Positions 20,996 to 29,355 of a stretch of 32,000 nucleotides of DNA are shown one piece after another. The notes below the pieces were generated by a model that saw only the letters and a program-made list of their open reading frames with translations, was not told where the DNA came from and did not search any database. Within the stretch, counting starts at the first letter, position 1, and each line of letters starts with the position of its first letter. The translations under genes were made by a program, and so were the position numbers. Source of the DNA: Psychrobacter sp. HD31 (lineage in GTDB: Bacteria > Pseudomonadota > Gammaproteobacteria > Pseudomonadales > Moraxellaceae); the NCBI RefSeq assembly GCF_051097895.1, contig NZ_CP142525.1, positions 1,170,001 through 1,202,000 on the forward strand, read 5' to 3'.

Positions 20996-22270
20996 TTATA
21001 AACCTTGCCAGTCATTTAGCATGACGCCAACACCAACCGTGGTGTCTTCATGATTGTAGTCAATAATCGACTCACCATAACCATGGAAAAGTTGCAAATA
21101 CATACTGACGCCATTATCAAGCTCATGCGTATAATCAACTTGCACCGCTCCCTTGCCAGTACTTGGGTTAAGCCTAAAGGTGCCTGCAACGTTGTTTTTG
21201 TCATCTAATGGATAAAACACTTTGACATCACCAAAACCATAAAAATCTTCGATATCTGGGTTATCATCGTCCTTATCTTTTTCAGTTTCAAGACGTTTAG
21301 AAAAACGAGGAATAACCGTTAAGTCACCCCATTCGGCACCTGCCATAAGGTACATTTTATTCCATGAACGTGATAATGGATCATCTTCACCATTTGAATG
21401 GTGCATCAATCCTGCCCCAATCATCCGCAGCTGACCATTAAAAGGTAACTCTGCTGTAACAGGTTGAGTCACAAAGATTTCGGGCATATAATCGCTTGCA
21501 CGAAACGGATGAGAGTTATCTTCATTGTAAACTTGCCAATGCGATTGTTGGGTATAACCAAACCATAAATCCGCATTGGTATCAAACAAGTCTTCTGCTA
21601 CTTTGGTTTTTACCGACAATTGATATTTGGCTTCTGGCGCACGGTAAGTATCGCCCATTGGCTTAGGCGAAGGCTGGTTTGGTGAACTTGGTGTACGATT
21701 TGGCTTATCATGCACAAACACAGGCAAAACATACATTGGGTTATGCGCACGCAATTTAAAATTACCAACTTCACTGTTTTTATCTAAATCATATGCCAAA
21801 CTCAATGGAGAATATTTTTCTACATCTCTTTGAGTAACCCCAACCTGTCCTAAAACTTGATTATCAAACGCTTGTTTGCCATTTTCTTGTTGTTTAGCCT
21901 TTTTATTATCACTAGGTTCTTTGTCAACCTCTTCTACAATGTATCCTGCTCTTTCACCCTCAAGCACCACTTCAGGTTTACCTTTAATAGCTGACTGAAA
22001 AGTTTTTCCTAAGTCGATTGCTGCCTTCTCTGCCACAAAATTTGGTAGTTCTGCTTTGGCTGAAACTTTGTCATAACAAGCCAAGCGAGCAGCATCTTTG
22101 TTTACTTGAGCACAGGCTAAAAACAACTCTGTGCTTGGTTTAACGGTAACCTCTGGCGTTGCATTGGCAACAGACGTCACTGCCAACATACTCATTAATA
22201 ATACTGTTTTACCTTGAGATTTATTACCATATATTTTTTTACCATATTGTCGGTTCACTAACTGCCGCAT
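20996..22270 (-). CDS. pldA: Outer membrane phospholipase A (OMPLA) with a long N-terminal extension
   Basis: 424 aa. The catalytic region LMHHSNGEDDPLSRSWNKMYL matches E. coli YNHDSNGRSDPTSRSWNRLY. The C-terminus FHGYGESIIDYNHEDTTVGVGVMLND matches YSGYGESLIDYNFNQTRVGVGVMLND (both recalled from memory). A signal peptide ends VANA. Confidence 0.92.
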   Translation of the reverse strand: MRQLVNRQYGKKIYGNKSQGKTVLLMSMLAVTSVANATPEVTVKPSTELFLACAQVNKDAARLACYDKVSAKAELPNFVAEKAAIDLGKTFQSAIKGKPEVVLEGERAGYIVEEVDKEPSDNKKAKQQENGKQAFDNQVLGQVGVTQRDVEKYSPLSLAYDLDKNSEVGNFKLRAHNPMYVLPVFVHDKPNRTPSSPNQPSPKPMGDTYRAPEAKYQLSVKTKVAEDLFDTNADLWFGYTQQSHWQVYNEDNSHPFRASDYMPEIFVTQPVTAELPFNGQLRMIGAGLMHHSNGEDDPLSRSWNKMYLMAGAEWGDLTVIPRFSKRLETEKDKDDDNPDIEDFYGFGDVKVFYPLDDKNNVAGTFRLNPSTGKGAVQVDYTHELDNGVSMYLQLFHGYGESIIDYNHEDTTVGVGVMLNDWQGL

Positions 22271-22344
22271 CCAACTCTCTCCAAATTAATAAGCTACCTT
22301 ATATTAAAGGTATACAATTTTAACGATATTTTTTAGGATCCACA

Positions 22345-22857
22345 CTATTCGTAGCGCTTACCATCAACTTCTATCCAACCACCTTGATGACGCCCCGCTG
22401 GGTCATGATGTGTCCAATGAACTACACCACCTTTTTCTGTATATTCATATTCGCCATAAAAATTGATTTTTTTGCCTTTTTTTGCTGTTTTTGCCTTGGG
22501 TGCAAGATCAATATTATGTGCTATTAAAATCGTATGACGTGGTTTTACATCATTTAATGCAACAATCATACGTTGATGCTGACTACCCTTGGTATCATCT
22601 GGCAACATGGCAACAATGGTAGCGCAGCCTTTTACTTGCACATTAGACTTTTTTTGATTAAAGGCTTTGACGATCGCTTGATTATGACAACTAATTGAAA
22701 TCTTGTTTTGTTTTACGGCTTCTTGTCCCGCCACTTGATTACTATTTTCGTTAGCATCACCAATAGGTGGCTGGCAAGCCAAAAGTGTACCCAAAAAACT
22801 ACCAAAGAACAGTGTTTTCATTATTGTATTTTTAAAAAAAGTAGCATCAACTCGCAT
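22345..22857 (-). CDS. DUF3465-family protein, probable lipoprotein
   Basis: 170 aa. HQRMIVAL...[11 protein letters not shown]...[27 protein letters not shown] is the DUF3465 pattern (recalled). An alternative start at ATG 22821 would give [16 protein letters not shown], which carries a lipobox. Confidence 0.8.
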   Translation of the reverse strand: MRVDATFFKNTIMKTLFFGSFLGTLLACQPPIGDANENSNQVAGQEAVKQNKISISCHNQAIVKAFNQKKSNVQVKGCATIVAMLPDDTKGSQHQRMIVALNDVKPRHTILIAHNIDLAPKAKTAKKGKKINFYGEYEYTEKGGVVHWTHHDPAGRHQGGWIEVDGKRYE

Positions 22858-22966
22858 AAAAACTCTTTAAATTTAGTGGTTTTGCATATCATATTACAAT
22901 TAAAAAACACATTATACTTAATTATTAATCACCAATGTAGTCACTAACTAGAAATAATTTTCACCC

Positions 22967-24901
22967 TCATTTTTTATTTAAAATATTCAAAGCTTGCTCA
23001 AACTGTTTACGTTTTGTTTCTCCAACCTGGATAGCTTGCAGCTGCCCTTCTTTGTAATACAGTAGTGCAGGTGGTCCAAACAATTTATACCTAGCAAGCA
23101 CCGCTTTACTATCATCGGCATCAGTAATATCCAGTTTAATCAGCTGCCAATTATTCAGCTCGGCGGGTGGGTTTACAAATAAGTTTTTTTCCATAATACG
23201 ACATTCAACGCACCAATCTGCCACAATATCCACAACCACTTTTGGTTGCTGTGCTAATTGCTCATCAAGTTTTGCTAACTGAGTGAGTTTGATGTCTGAC
23301 TTTTTATCATTTGTTAACGGCACTGGCTGGTTAATTTGACTCAAAGGTCTCATACTATCTGTACTGCCAGTGATGGCACCGACTGCAAGGCAAATTGCCC
23401 AAATAAAAGTGATGCTGGCAAGCAATTTGCTAAGGATTTGCCATTTTCCAGCCCATCGCCAAAGCCAATAAGCCATCCACACAAACCAAGCAGACCATAA
23501 AGCCAACATCCATGAGCTTACGAAAACACGTTCAAGCATCATAATAGCTAACGCAAACATAAGATAAGCAAAACCTTGCTTAACCCAGTTCATCCACTCG
23601 CCAGCTTTTAGCATAACCTTGCCCTGTGTAGCCGCAAATATAACCAAAGGTAAAGACAAACCCAAACCAAGTAAAAATAACGCAATAAAACCAAGTCCAA
23701 CATTGCCAATGGCAGCAACAGCAAATAAAGCGCCCGATAACGGTGCTGTAACGCAAGGCGAAACCACCAACGCCGATAACAGCCCGACTAAAAAGCTACC
23801 ACTAACACTACCAAGCTTATTATTTGCAGACTGGCTTAATTTTTGTAAGGGTTGGCTAATTGCCAATGGCAACCTTAAAACAACCAACTCCAACATATAC
23901 AGCCCCAGTAATAAAAATATGAAGGCAAACCCAATTAATACTATTGGATTTTGTAACCAACTTACAATCCCTAAAGACTCCCCCACATAGGCAATGAGTG
24001 CCCCTAATAGCCCATAAGCAACTGCAACGCCCAAAGCATAGCTACCACTTAATGCAACTGCCCTTTTGGCACTCACCTCATTTTGTTGTGCCACAATGTT
24101 TGCCACAATCGGCAACATTGGCAACACACAAGGGGTTAATGACAGCCCTAGCCCCGCCAAAAATATTAGCCCCAATGCTACAGCAGGGTTGCTTGCCAGT
24201 CCAAAAGGGTCAAATTTTTGTCCAATACCAATTTCATCAGCGTCATATAATGGCTGGTGACTCAAGGTATAACCACTTGTTATTTGATTAACTGCCGTGA
24301 CATCGGATTGCGCTAGTACTTGAGCATTTGTTGCCTTTTTGCCTTCATCTTTGATACCAAAGCCTTCAGCTATTTTATCCGTCGTATTGTCATCGTTTTT
24401 TGAATCAACCGTTACCTTAATTTTTTGTGGTGGATAGCAAAGTCCTGCTTTTGCACACCCCTGCCATTGGATAGCAAGCTCTGTTTTGTTTGTTAAGCCA
24501 CTTAAGTTAGCTGACGCAACAACATTTGTTTGATCAAACACTGCAACTCTACCAAACAAAGGATCTTCAATAAATTTTACTGGCTGGTTAAAAGTAAACT
24601 TAGATGCCGTTGTACCTTCTGGCAACCCCAGTTTAATTTTATCCTGATAAACATAATGCCCATCAGTAATATCAAAGTTTAAATGTAATTGCTGCCCATC
24701 AACCGTCGCTGTTACATCAAATGCCTGCTCTACAGGTAAAAATTTGCTAGTTGTATTATCATTATTAAACAAGCTATTTAAGCTAACCGCATTGGCATGA
24801 TGGCTTGGCACAAAAAATAACCCTAAACACAGGGGTATTAATATAAATGTATATAAAAAAATTGTTCTATTAGGATTAGCAAAACTACTGCGAAGCATCA
24901 T
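22967..24901 (-). CDS. dsbD: Thiol:disulfide interchange protein DsbD
   Basis: Signal peptide, then an N-terminal periplasmic domain. The membrane core has LTPCVLPMLPIV and SPCVTAPL. The C-terminal thioredoxin domain has DWCVECR. The ORF-track start at 24907 is GTG. ATG codons at 24901 and 24898 follow AAGGTGA. Confidence 0.93.
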   Translation of the reverse strand: MMLRSSFANPNRTIFLYTFILIPLCLGLFFVPSHHANAVSLNSLFNNDNTTSKFLPVEQAFDVTATVDGQQLHLNFDITDGHYVYQDKIKLGLPEGTTASKFTFNQPVKFIEDPLFGRVAVFDQTNVVASANLSGLTNKTELAIQWQGCAKAGLCYPPQKIKVTVDSKNDDNTTDKIAEGFGIKDEGKKATNAQVLAQSDVTAVNQITSGYTLSHQPLYDADEIGIGQKFDPFGLASNPAVALGLIFLAGLGLSLTPCVLPMLPIVANIVAQQNEVSAKRAVALSGSYALGVAVAYGLLGALIAYVGESLGIVSWLQNPIVLIGFAFIFLLLGLYMLELVVLRLPLAISQPLQKLSQSANNKLGSVSGSFLVGLLSALVVSPCVTAPLSGALFAVAAIGNVGLGFIALFLLGLGLSLPLVIFAATQGKVMLKAGEWMNWVKQGFAYLMFALAIMMLERVFVSSWMLALWSAWFVWMAYWLWRWAGKWQILSKLLASITFIWAICLAVGAITGSTDSMRPLSQINQPVPLTNDKKSDIKLTQLAKLDEQLAQQPKVVVDIVADWCVECRIMEKNLFVNPPAELNNWQLIKLDITDADDSKAVLARYKLFGPPALLYYKEGQLQAIQVGETKRKQFEQALNILNKK

Positions 24902-25856
24902 CTTCACCTTCTTTTTTTTGTGTTGGCATCTCTGGCATCACACCTTGCATTAATAATAAGTCAAGATGCTTCATCTGTAATTTTTTATCAAATTCATTCA
25001 CTTCGGCTATCAACATTTTTTCAATACGTTTGTCGGTAGCATAAGTGCTTAAACGTGCACAAATAACCGCAAGTTGATACACTCGCTGCTTACTATGCAC
25101 ATCCAGCGTTTGTAATAAACGCACCAACTGAGGCGTTGCTAAACTGGCATATTCAACTTCAGCTATCGCATTTTCTGCTAATGCCGTGACCCCATAATTA
25201 ATAGACAAATAAGCAAAATAATAACAGCAAAATAAATACCCTAAAACATGCCCAATGTAATGCGCTTTATCATAAGTAAAACTCATAACACCAAAATGCC
25301 CCAACACATAGCTGTTAATACTGGTTTGATCGGCTACAACATCTTGATCGTGACGTACACGACCAACCGTTGGTAGTCGTAAATAATTTCGCCCTTGCGA
25401 GCTCATTTGCCAACCAACCGCCTCATGTGAAGGCATATGTAAAACCAGCTCGGCGATAATGTCATCCACAATGTGAATTTGCTCCCACAAGCGTCTGACA
25501 CCATCCGCATCAGCAATTGAGCGCTTGTCTAACTCTGCCGACATAACAAAGTGTTCATACTCAACAAACTGATGTTTTAATGCTTTTATTAAATACGTGG
25601 GTTTAATGCCATCATCGGCATGGTAATACTGGCGTGTACGCTCTTGCTGAGCTTGATATAAATCTCGTCTGTTTTTTGCCGCACGTTTGTTGCTAGCCGA
25701 GTCTATTTTATTGATAACGGCTTGTGGCTCAACATCATACAGGGCAAGCAGTGTTTCTTTAGTGGTCACTTGCATATTTTGCTGTTGTGATGATTGCCCT
25801 ATCTCAGTTTCAGGCAATTCTTTTGTCTTGTTAGGCTGTTCGTCAGACTTGGTCAT
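24885..25856 (-). CDS. Hypothetical protein, no family recognised
   Basis: 323-aa ORF with an ATG start. The first roughly 80 residues are rich in Q/K/E. A central aromatic/hydrophobic stretch reads HYIGHVLGYLFCCYYFAYLSINYGVTALA. The 3' end overlaps the dsbD start by 14-23 nt. Confidence 0.6.
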   Translation of the reverse strand: MTKSDEQPNKTKELPETEIGQSSQQQNMQVTTKETLLALYDVEPQAVINKIDSASNKRAAKNRRDLYQAQQERTRQYYHADDGIKPTYLIKALKHQFVEYEHFVMSAELDKRSIADADGVRRLWEQIHIVDDIIAELVLHMPSHEAVGWQMSSQGRNYLRLPTVGRVRHDQDVVADQTSINSYVLGHFGVMSFTYDKAHYIGHVLGYLFCCYYFAYLSINYGVTALAENAIAEVEYASLATPQLVRLLQTLDVHSKQRVYQLAVICARLSTYATDKRIEKMLIAEVNEFDKKLQMKHLDLLLMQGVMPEMPTQKKEGEDDASQ

Positions 25857-26005
25857 ATCATCTTCTTTTAGTCAGTTTTCTTTTATCTGTTACTTTTTTA
25901 ATAGCTTAGACAAAATTGTAGCATATTTATACGCTCATCACAGATATCACACAAACTATGATTAACCTAACTTTAACTGGGTTATAAACATAAATATATA
26001 GATAC

Positions 26006-26037
26006 AAAAAAACCCTGCCAATATAAATTGTCAGGGT
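26006..26037 (-). terminator. Rho-independent terminator of the tRNA operon
   Basis: Minus strand reads CCCTGACAAT-TTAT-ATTGGCAGGG (one mismatch) followed by TTTTTTT. It lies 39 nt after the tRNA-His 3' end. Confidence 0.7.
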
Positions 26038-26075
26038 TGCTATAAAATATATAAATAAAACTAAGTAAAATAATT

Positions 26076-26152
26076 TGGGGCGAATGACGGGGATCGAACC
26101 CGCGACAACCAAGATCACAACCTGGGGCTCTACCAACTGAGCTACATCCGCC
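26076..26152 (-). tRNA. tRNA-His (GTG)
   Basis: 77 nt, folded by hand: G(-1)-GCGGATG TA GCTC AGTTGGTA GAGC C CCAGG TTGTGAT CTTGG TTGTC GCGGG TTCGATC CCCGT CATTCGC C CCA. The extra 5' G and C73 are typical of tRNA-His. Confidence 0.95.
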
Positions 26153-26197
26153 ATAATGACACCAGAGTTAAGAAGGTACTGATGTGTATCAGGCAAA

Positions 26198-26274
26198 TGG
26201 CGCGCCTGGCAGGATTCGAACCTGCGACCACCTGCTTAGAAGGCAGATGCTCTATCCAACTGAGCTACAGGCGC
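26198..26274 (-). tRNA. tRNA-Arg (TCT)
   Basis: 77 nt: GCGCCTG TA GCTC AGTTGGATA GAGC A TCTGC CTTCTAA GCAGG TGGTC GCAGG TTCGAAT CCTGC CAGGCGC G CCA. Confidence 0.95.
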
Positions 26275-26340
26275 TCATAAAAATTGCTTACGCGTATAAA
26301 CTTATAAACAAAAAAAAGCCTGTAAGGCTCTTTATACAGT

Positions 26341-26417
<77 letters not shown>

Positions 26418-26474
26418 AATTTACTGCATTAACAACAGTGTTGGCGTTTGTTATGCCTCGCTGTTGAGGTGCAT

Positions 26475-26503
26475 ATAATACTGCCAAGGTTAAATACTGT
26501 CAA
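26475..26503 (-). promoter_or_regulatory. Sigma70 promoter of the Pro-Arg-His tRNA operon (TTGACA-17 nt-TATTAT)
   Basis: The minus strand has a consensus -35 TTGACA (26503..26498), a 17-nt spacer and a -10 TATTAT (26480..26475). It is about 58 nt upstream of the tRNA-Pro 5' end. Confidence 0.65.
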
Positions 26504-26521
26504 CACTTTTTTAGCTTTTTT

Positions 26522-27877
26522 TTAATTATTTTTAAATAAAATTTTACCCGTCATAACATCAAACGGTATTAACCTAATTTTTGGCTGAGTCGATTGCTTA
26601 CAACTATCTGTTTCCTCAGTCTTTTTTAGATTTCCTAATGGTAGGGTTTGTAAGCTAACCGGTTGAGTGACACCTTCACTTATCGGATAAATAAGCCATG
26701 CCTGCTCTGCTTGTAAAAACTGCTGATAAGTATAAAGCTGATATAAATCAGCAGAACTGATTTGTTTTAACTGCGTTATGGCTTTATATTTAACGTCTGC
26801 CACTACCAAAGGTTGGGCTGCAGTCGGCAAGGTCATATCCTGTGGATAAATTAACACATCTGGTTTTAAAGCACGGTGATACGCTTTATCACCCTCACTT
26901 TGTAACCATGTAAAACTTTTTTGTGTTTGTACCCTGCCTTTTACGCTATCGGCAAGCTTGATACTCACCCACCTTTCAAACGCTTGCTGCATATCTATCA
27001 TCACTGCTGGCACAAAATCTGTACCCAATACAGGGTGTGTGTTTAGGTTTTTTTTCATTTGTAAAATTAACCAAGCCAACTCGATTGCCATATCCAGCTG
27101 CTGCCAGCTATAGGTATCTCGCTGTGCTTTACTCGCGAGTAAAAGCTGCTTTAACTGTTGATAACTTGCTTGCCACTGTTGAGCAGGCAGTATTGCTTTT
27201 GATAGCACAATGGTTTCAACTGCTGGCATCACATCACTTGGCAAATTTATGTCACTCATGCCAAGCGCGTTTAGTTTTTGCAACGCTGTCAAAAAAAATT
27301 GCCCCCAAAGTGGATGCAAGTCTAACTGTTGTTGGCTGGTATAGCGATAATGAGGACGATGCGCATTGTGGTTTATTTGCTCTTTGATGAGCAACTTGCC
27401 CTGTGCCTGTGGATTGTTTTGCATTGCCTGTTGATAATGACGAGGTAGCAGCGTTGGCAACTGTCGTAACAACCCACACCATATCTTAATCAGCGGCTGT
27501 AACCAGGTAGTTGATTGTTCATTATTTAAAAAGTTAGACTTAGTTTGCCCTGTGGATAACATATCCAGTGGCTGTGCTGTCAAACCATAGATATCCTCAA
27601 GCATTTGCAAAACCCATTGCCGAGTTTGGCTTTGATTGCCAACCGCATCTTTACTAATTTTGGGTAAGACTTCTAGCACGGTGCCACTAGGCAAACGAAT
27701 AACCGCAAGATAATGATTGACTTTAACCACCACTTGCCCAGCATAACCAATACGAAAACAAGGTAATTGCCCAACTTCGATTTGTGCCAATAGCCAATGA
27801 AAATCGGTTTGGATAACAAAATCTGATTGCTGTATGGTTTGGTGTTCAAAAACGGTTATGAGGTTTGTCATGTACAT
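26522..27877 (-). CDS. mcrC: McrC-like PD-(D/E)xK nuclease subunit of a McrBC-type system
   Basis: 451 aa. The McrC-type N-terminal region is HYLAVIRLPSGTVLEVLPKI. The C-terminal nuclease motif is LKPDVLIY...VVADVKYKAI...LYQLYTYQQF, with PD and D-x-K. Confidence 0.85.
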   Translation of the reverse strand: MYMTNLITVFEHQTIQQSDFVIQTDFHWLLAQIEVGQLPCFRIGYAGQVVVKVNHYLAVIRLPSGTVLEVLPKISKDAVGNQSQTRQWVLQMLEDIYGLTAQPLDMLSTGQTKSNFLNNEQSTTWLQPLIKIWCGLLRQLPTLLPRHYQQAMQNNPQAQGKLLIKEQINHNAHRPHYRYTSQQQLDLHPLWGQFFLTALQKLNALGMSDINLPSDVMPAVETIVLSKAILPAQQWQASYQQLKQLLLASKAQRDTYSWQQLDMAIELAWLILQMKKNLNTHPVLGTDFVPAVMIDMQQAFERWVSIKLADSVKGRVQTQKSFTWLQSEGDKAYHRALKPDVLIYPQDMTLPTAAQPLVVADVKYKAITQLKQISSADLYQLYTYQQFLQAEQAWLIYPISEGVTQPVSLQTLPLGNLKKTEETDSCKQSTQPKIRLIPFDVMTGKILFKNN

Positions 27878-27901
27878 TACTGTTACAGTCGTGATTTGAA
27901 G

Positions 27902-27994
27902 TTATAAACTTAATGTTGAGGCAATCAATCTAAAAAATAATGGTTGAAAAATATAACGACAGAAAAATAAAGACTGAAACCTTTTATTATTCAT
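27902..27994 (-). CDS. Possible 30-codon ORF in the mcrB-mcrC spacer (MNNKRFQSLFFCRYIFQPLFFRLIASTLSL)
   Basis: The ATG at 27994 lies 4 nt after AGGTGA, which overlaps the mcrB TAG stop. The peptide is hydrophobic and basic. The region is AT-rich, so a chance ORF is quite possible. Confidence 0.25.
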   Translation of the reverse strand: MNNKRFQSLFFCRYIFQPLFFRLIASTLSL

Positions 27995-28002
27995 GTCGTC
28001 AC

Positions 28003-29349
28003 CTAATACAACCCCTTAAACGCCTCTACCTTTATAAACTCATTATCTGTAGATGAACCCTCAACAGCTTCTATTAAGTTAGGATTAAGCTGATAACTGG
28101 TTTGGCTTGCCATTGCACTATTTATGGCAAATTGAGGTTGTACGGGCTGACTAGTTAAAGGGACTAGCCAAGGTATCATGGTATCTTCAAGCCGAAAAAT
28201 TTGAGCCAATGCTTGCGGTTGATGTTGTGCAACATTTAGTAATTGGGGCATCACTTGCCGTGCCATAACCTTTAATAAGTCGGCAACTGTTTGCACCTGA
28301 TAAAAATATGTCTGCCCTAGCCCTGCTTGCCCGCCCAAGGTTGCCATGATACGCCCATTTAAACCATCTAACAATTTACCCAAGTCAATCATTGCCCCAT
28401 CAACATCGGCTACCTGCCCTAAGGTGGCACTATCTGGCAACATTTCTACAAATTCAAACCGCCGACGAAAAGCACTATCTAAAACCGTTAGTGAATGATC
28501 TTGAGTATTCATTGTGGCATAAATGTCCACATTGCTGGGCACACTAAATGGAATTTGCGAATACGCCAAATTCACACTCATTGCATTAGCTTGCCCGGCA
28601 CGTTTGCTCGGCTCAATCAGGCTCATTAGTTCACCAAACACTTGCGAAACATTGGCACGGTTAATTTCATCAATCAACATGGCATAGCGGTTATTTGGGT
28701 CTTGTTGTGCTTGCTCACACAACTTAACAAAGGCACCTGCTTTGATGTCATACCTCATTTGTTGGGTGTTTGCGTCAATTTCTGGTCGGATACCTTCAAC
28801 AAACTCATCATAACCGTAAGCTTGGTGAAAACTAACCATACTGTATCTTTGTATGATTTTTTGGTTTTGTTGCGACTGGGAAACACTTTTTTGGTAGTCA
28901 TTTAACAAACTTTGCAAATCAGCAAGCAAAAGAATCGCGTCATAAAGTAAATACCAACTGCTGGTTTCGTCTTTATCAAAATAGGCTTGGCTGGCTTTAT
29001 TTTTATAGTTAACAGTTTTAGAGTCCACGGGGCTATATTGTTGTAGCGTGCCCCAAGCAGATGATTTTAAATTATCAGTACGTTGATTAATCCCTGCTTT
29101 TGCTTGAAAAATTGGATGCTCAACAATCTCGCCAACTTTTAGCAGTTCTTGCCCTTCTTCTTTTTTTTGTAGAAAAACGAGGCAAATCACTTCACGCCAA
29201 TTGAGTGTTTCAACTAAAGTCGCCAAAAGTTGGGCTTCATCAATCGGCGTAACCGCCTCGCTATATTGTTTAGCAAGTTGTTGCAGGCGATACGTTTTGC
29301 CCGTACCGGCCACCCCTGTATAAATGATGTTTTTCGGTTGAGTTTGCAT
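28003..29349 (-). CDS. mcrB: McrB-like AAA+ GTPase subunit, atypical architecture
   Basis: 448 aa. Walker A is NIIYTGVAGTGKTY (aa 7-20). The McrB signature is VSFHQAYGYDEFVEGIRP (aa 172-189). Walker B is YAMLIDEINRANVSQVFGELMSLIE. The NxxD GTP-specificity motif is MNTQDHS. The arginine region is LDSAFRRRFEFVEM. Confidence 0.9.
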   Translation of the reverse strand: MQTQPKNIIYTGVAGTGKTYRLQQLAKQYSEAVTPIDEAQLLATLVETLNWREVICLVFLQKKEEGQELLKVGEIVEHPIFQAKAGINQRTDNLKSSAWGTLQQYSPVDSKTVNYKNKASQAYFDKDETSSWYLLYDAILLLADLQSLLNDYQKSVSQSQQNQKIIQRYSMVSFHQAYGYDEFVEGIRPEIDANTQQMRYDIKAGAFVKLCEQAQQDPNNRYAMLIDEINRANVSQVFGELMSLIEPSKRAGQANAMSVNLAYSQIPFSVPSNVDIYATMNTQDHSLTVLDSAFRRRFEFVEMLPDSATLGQVADVDGAMIDLGKLLDGLNGRIMATLGGQAGLGQTYFYQVQTVADLLKVMARQVMPQLLNVAQHQPQALAQIFRLEDTMIPWLVPLTSQPVQPQFAINSAMASQTSYQLNPNLIEAVEGSSTDNEFIKVEAFKGLY

Positions 29350-29355
29350 GTCCGA

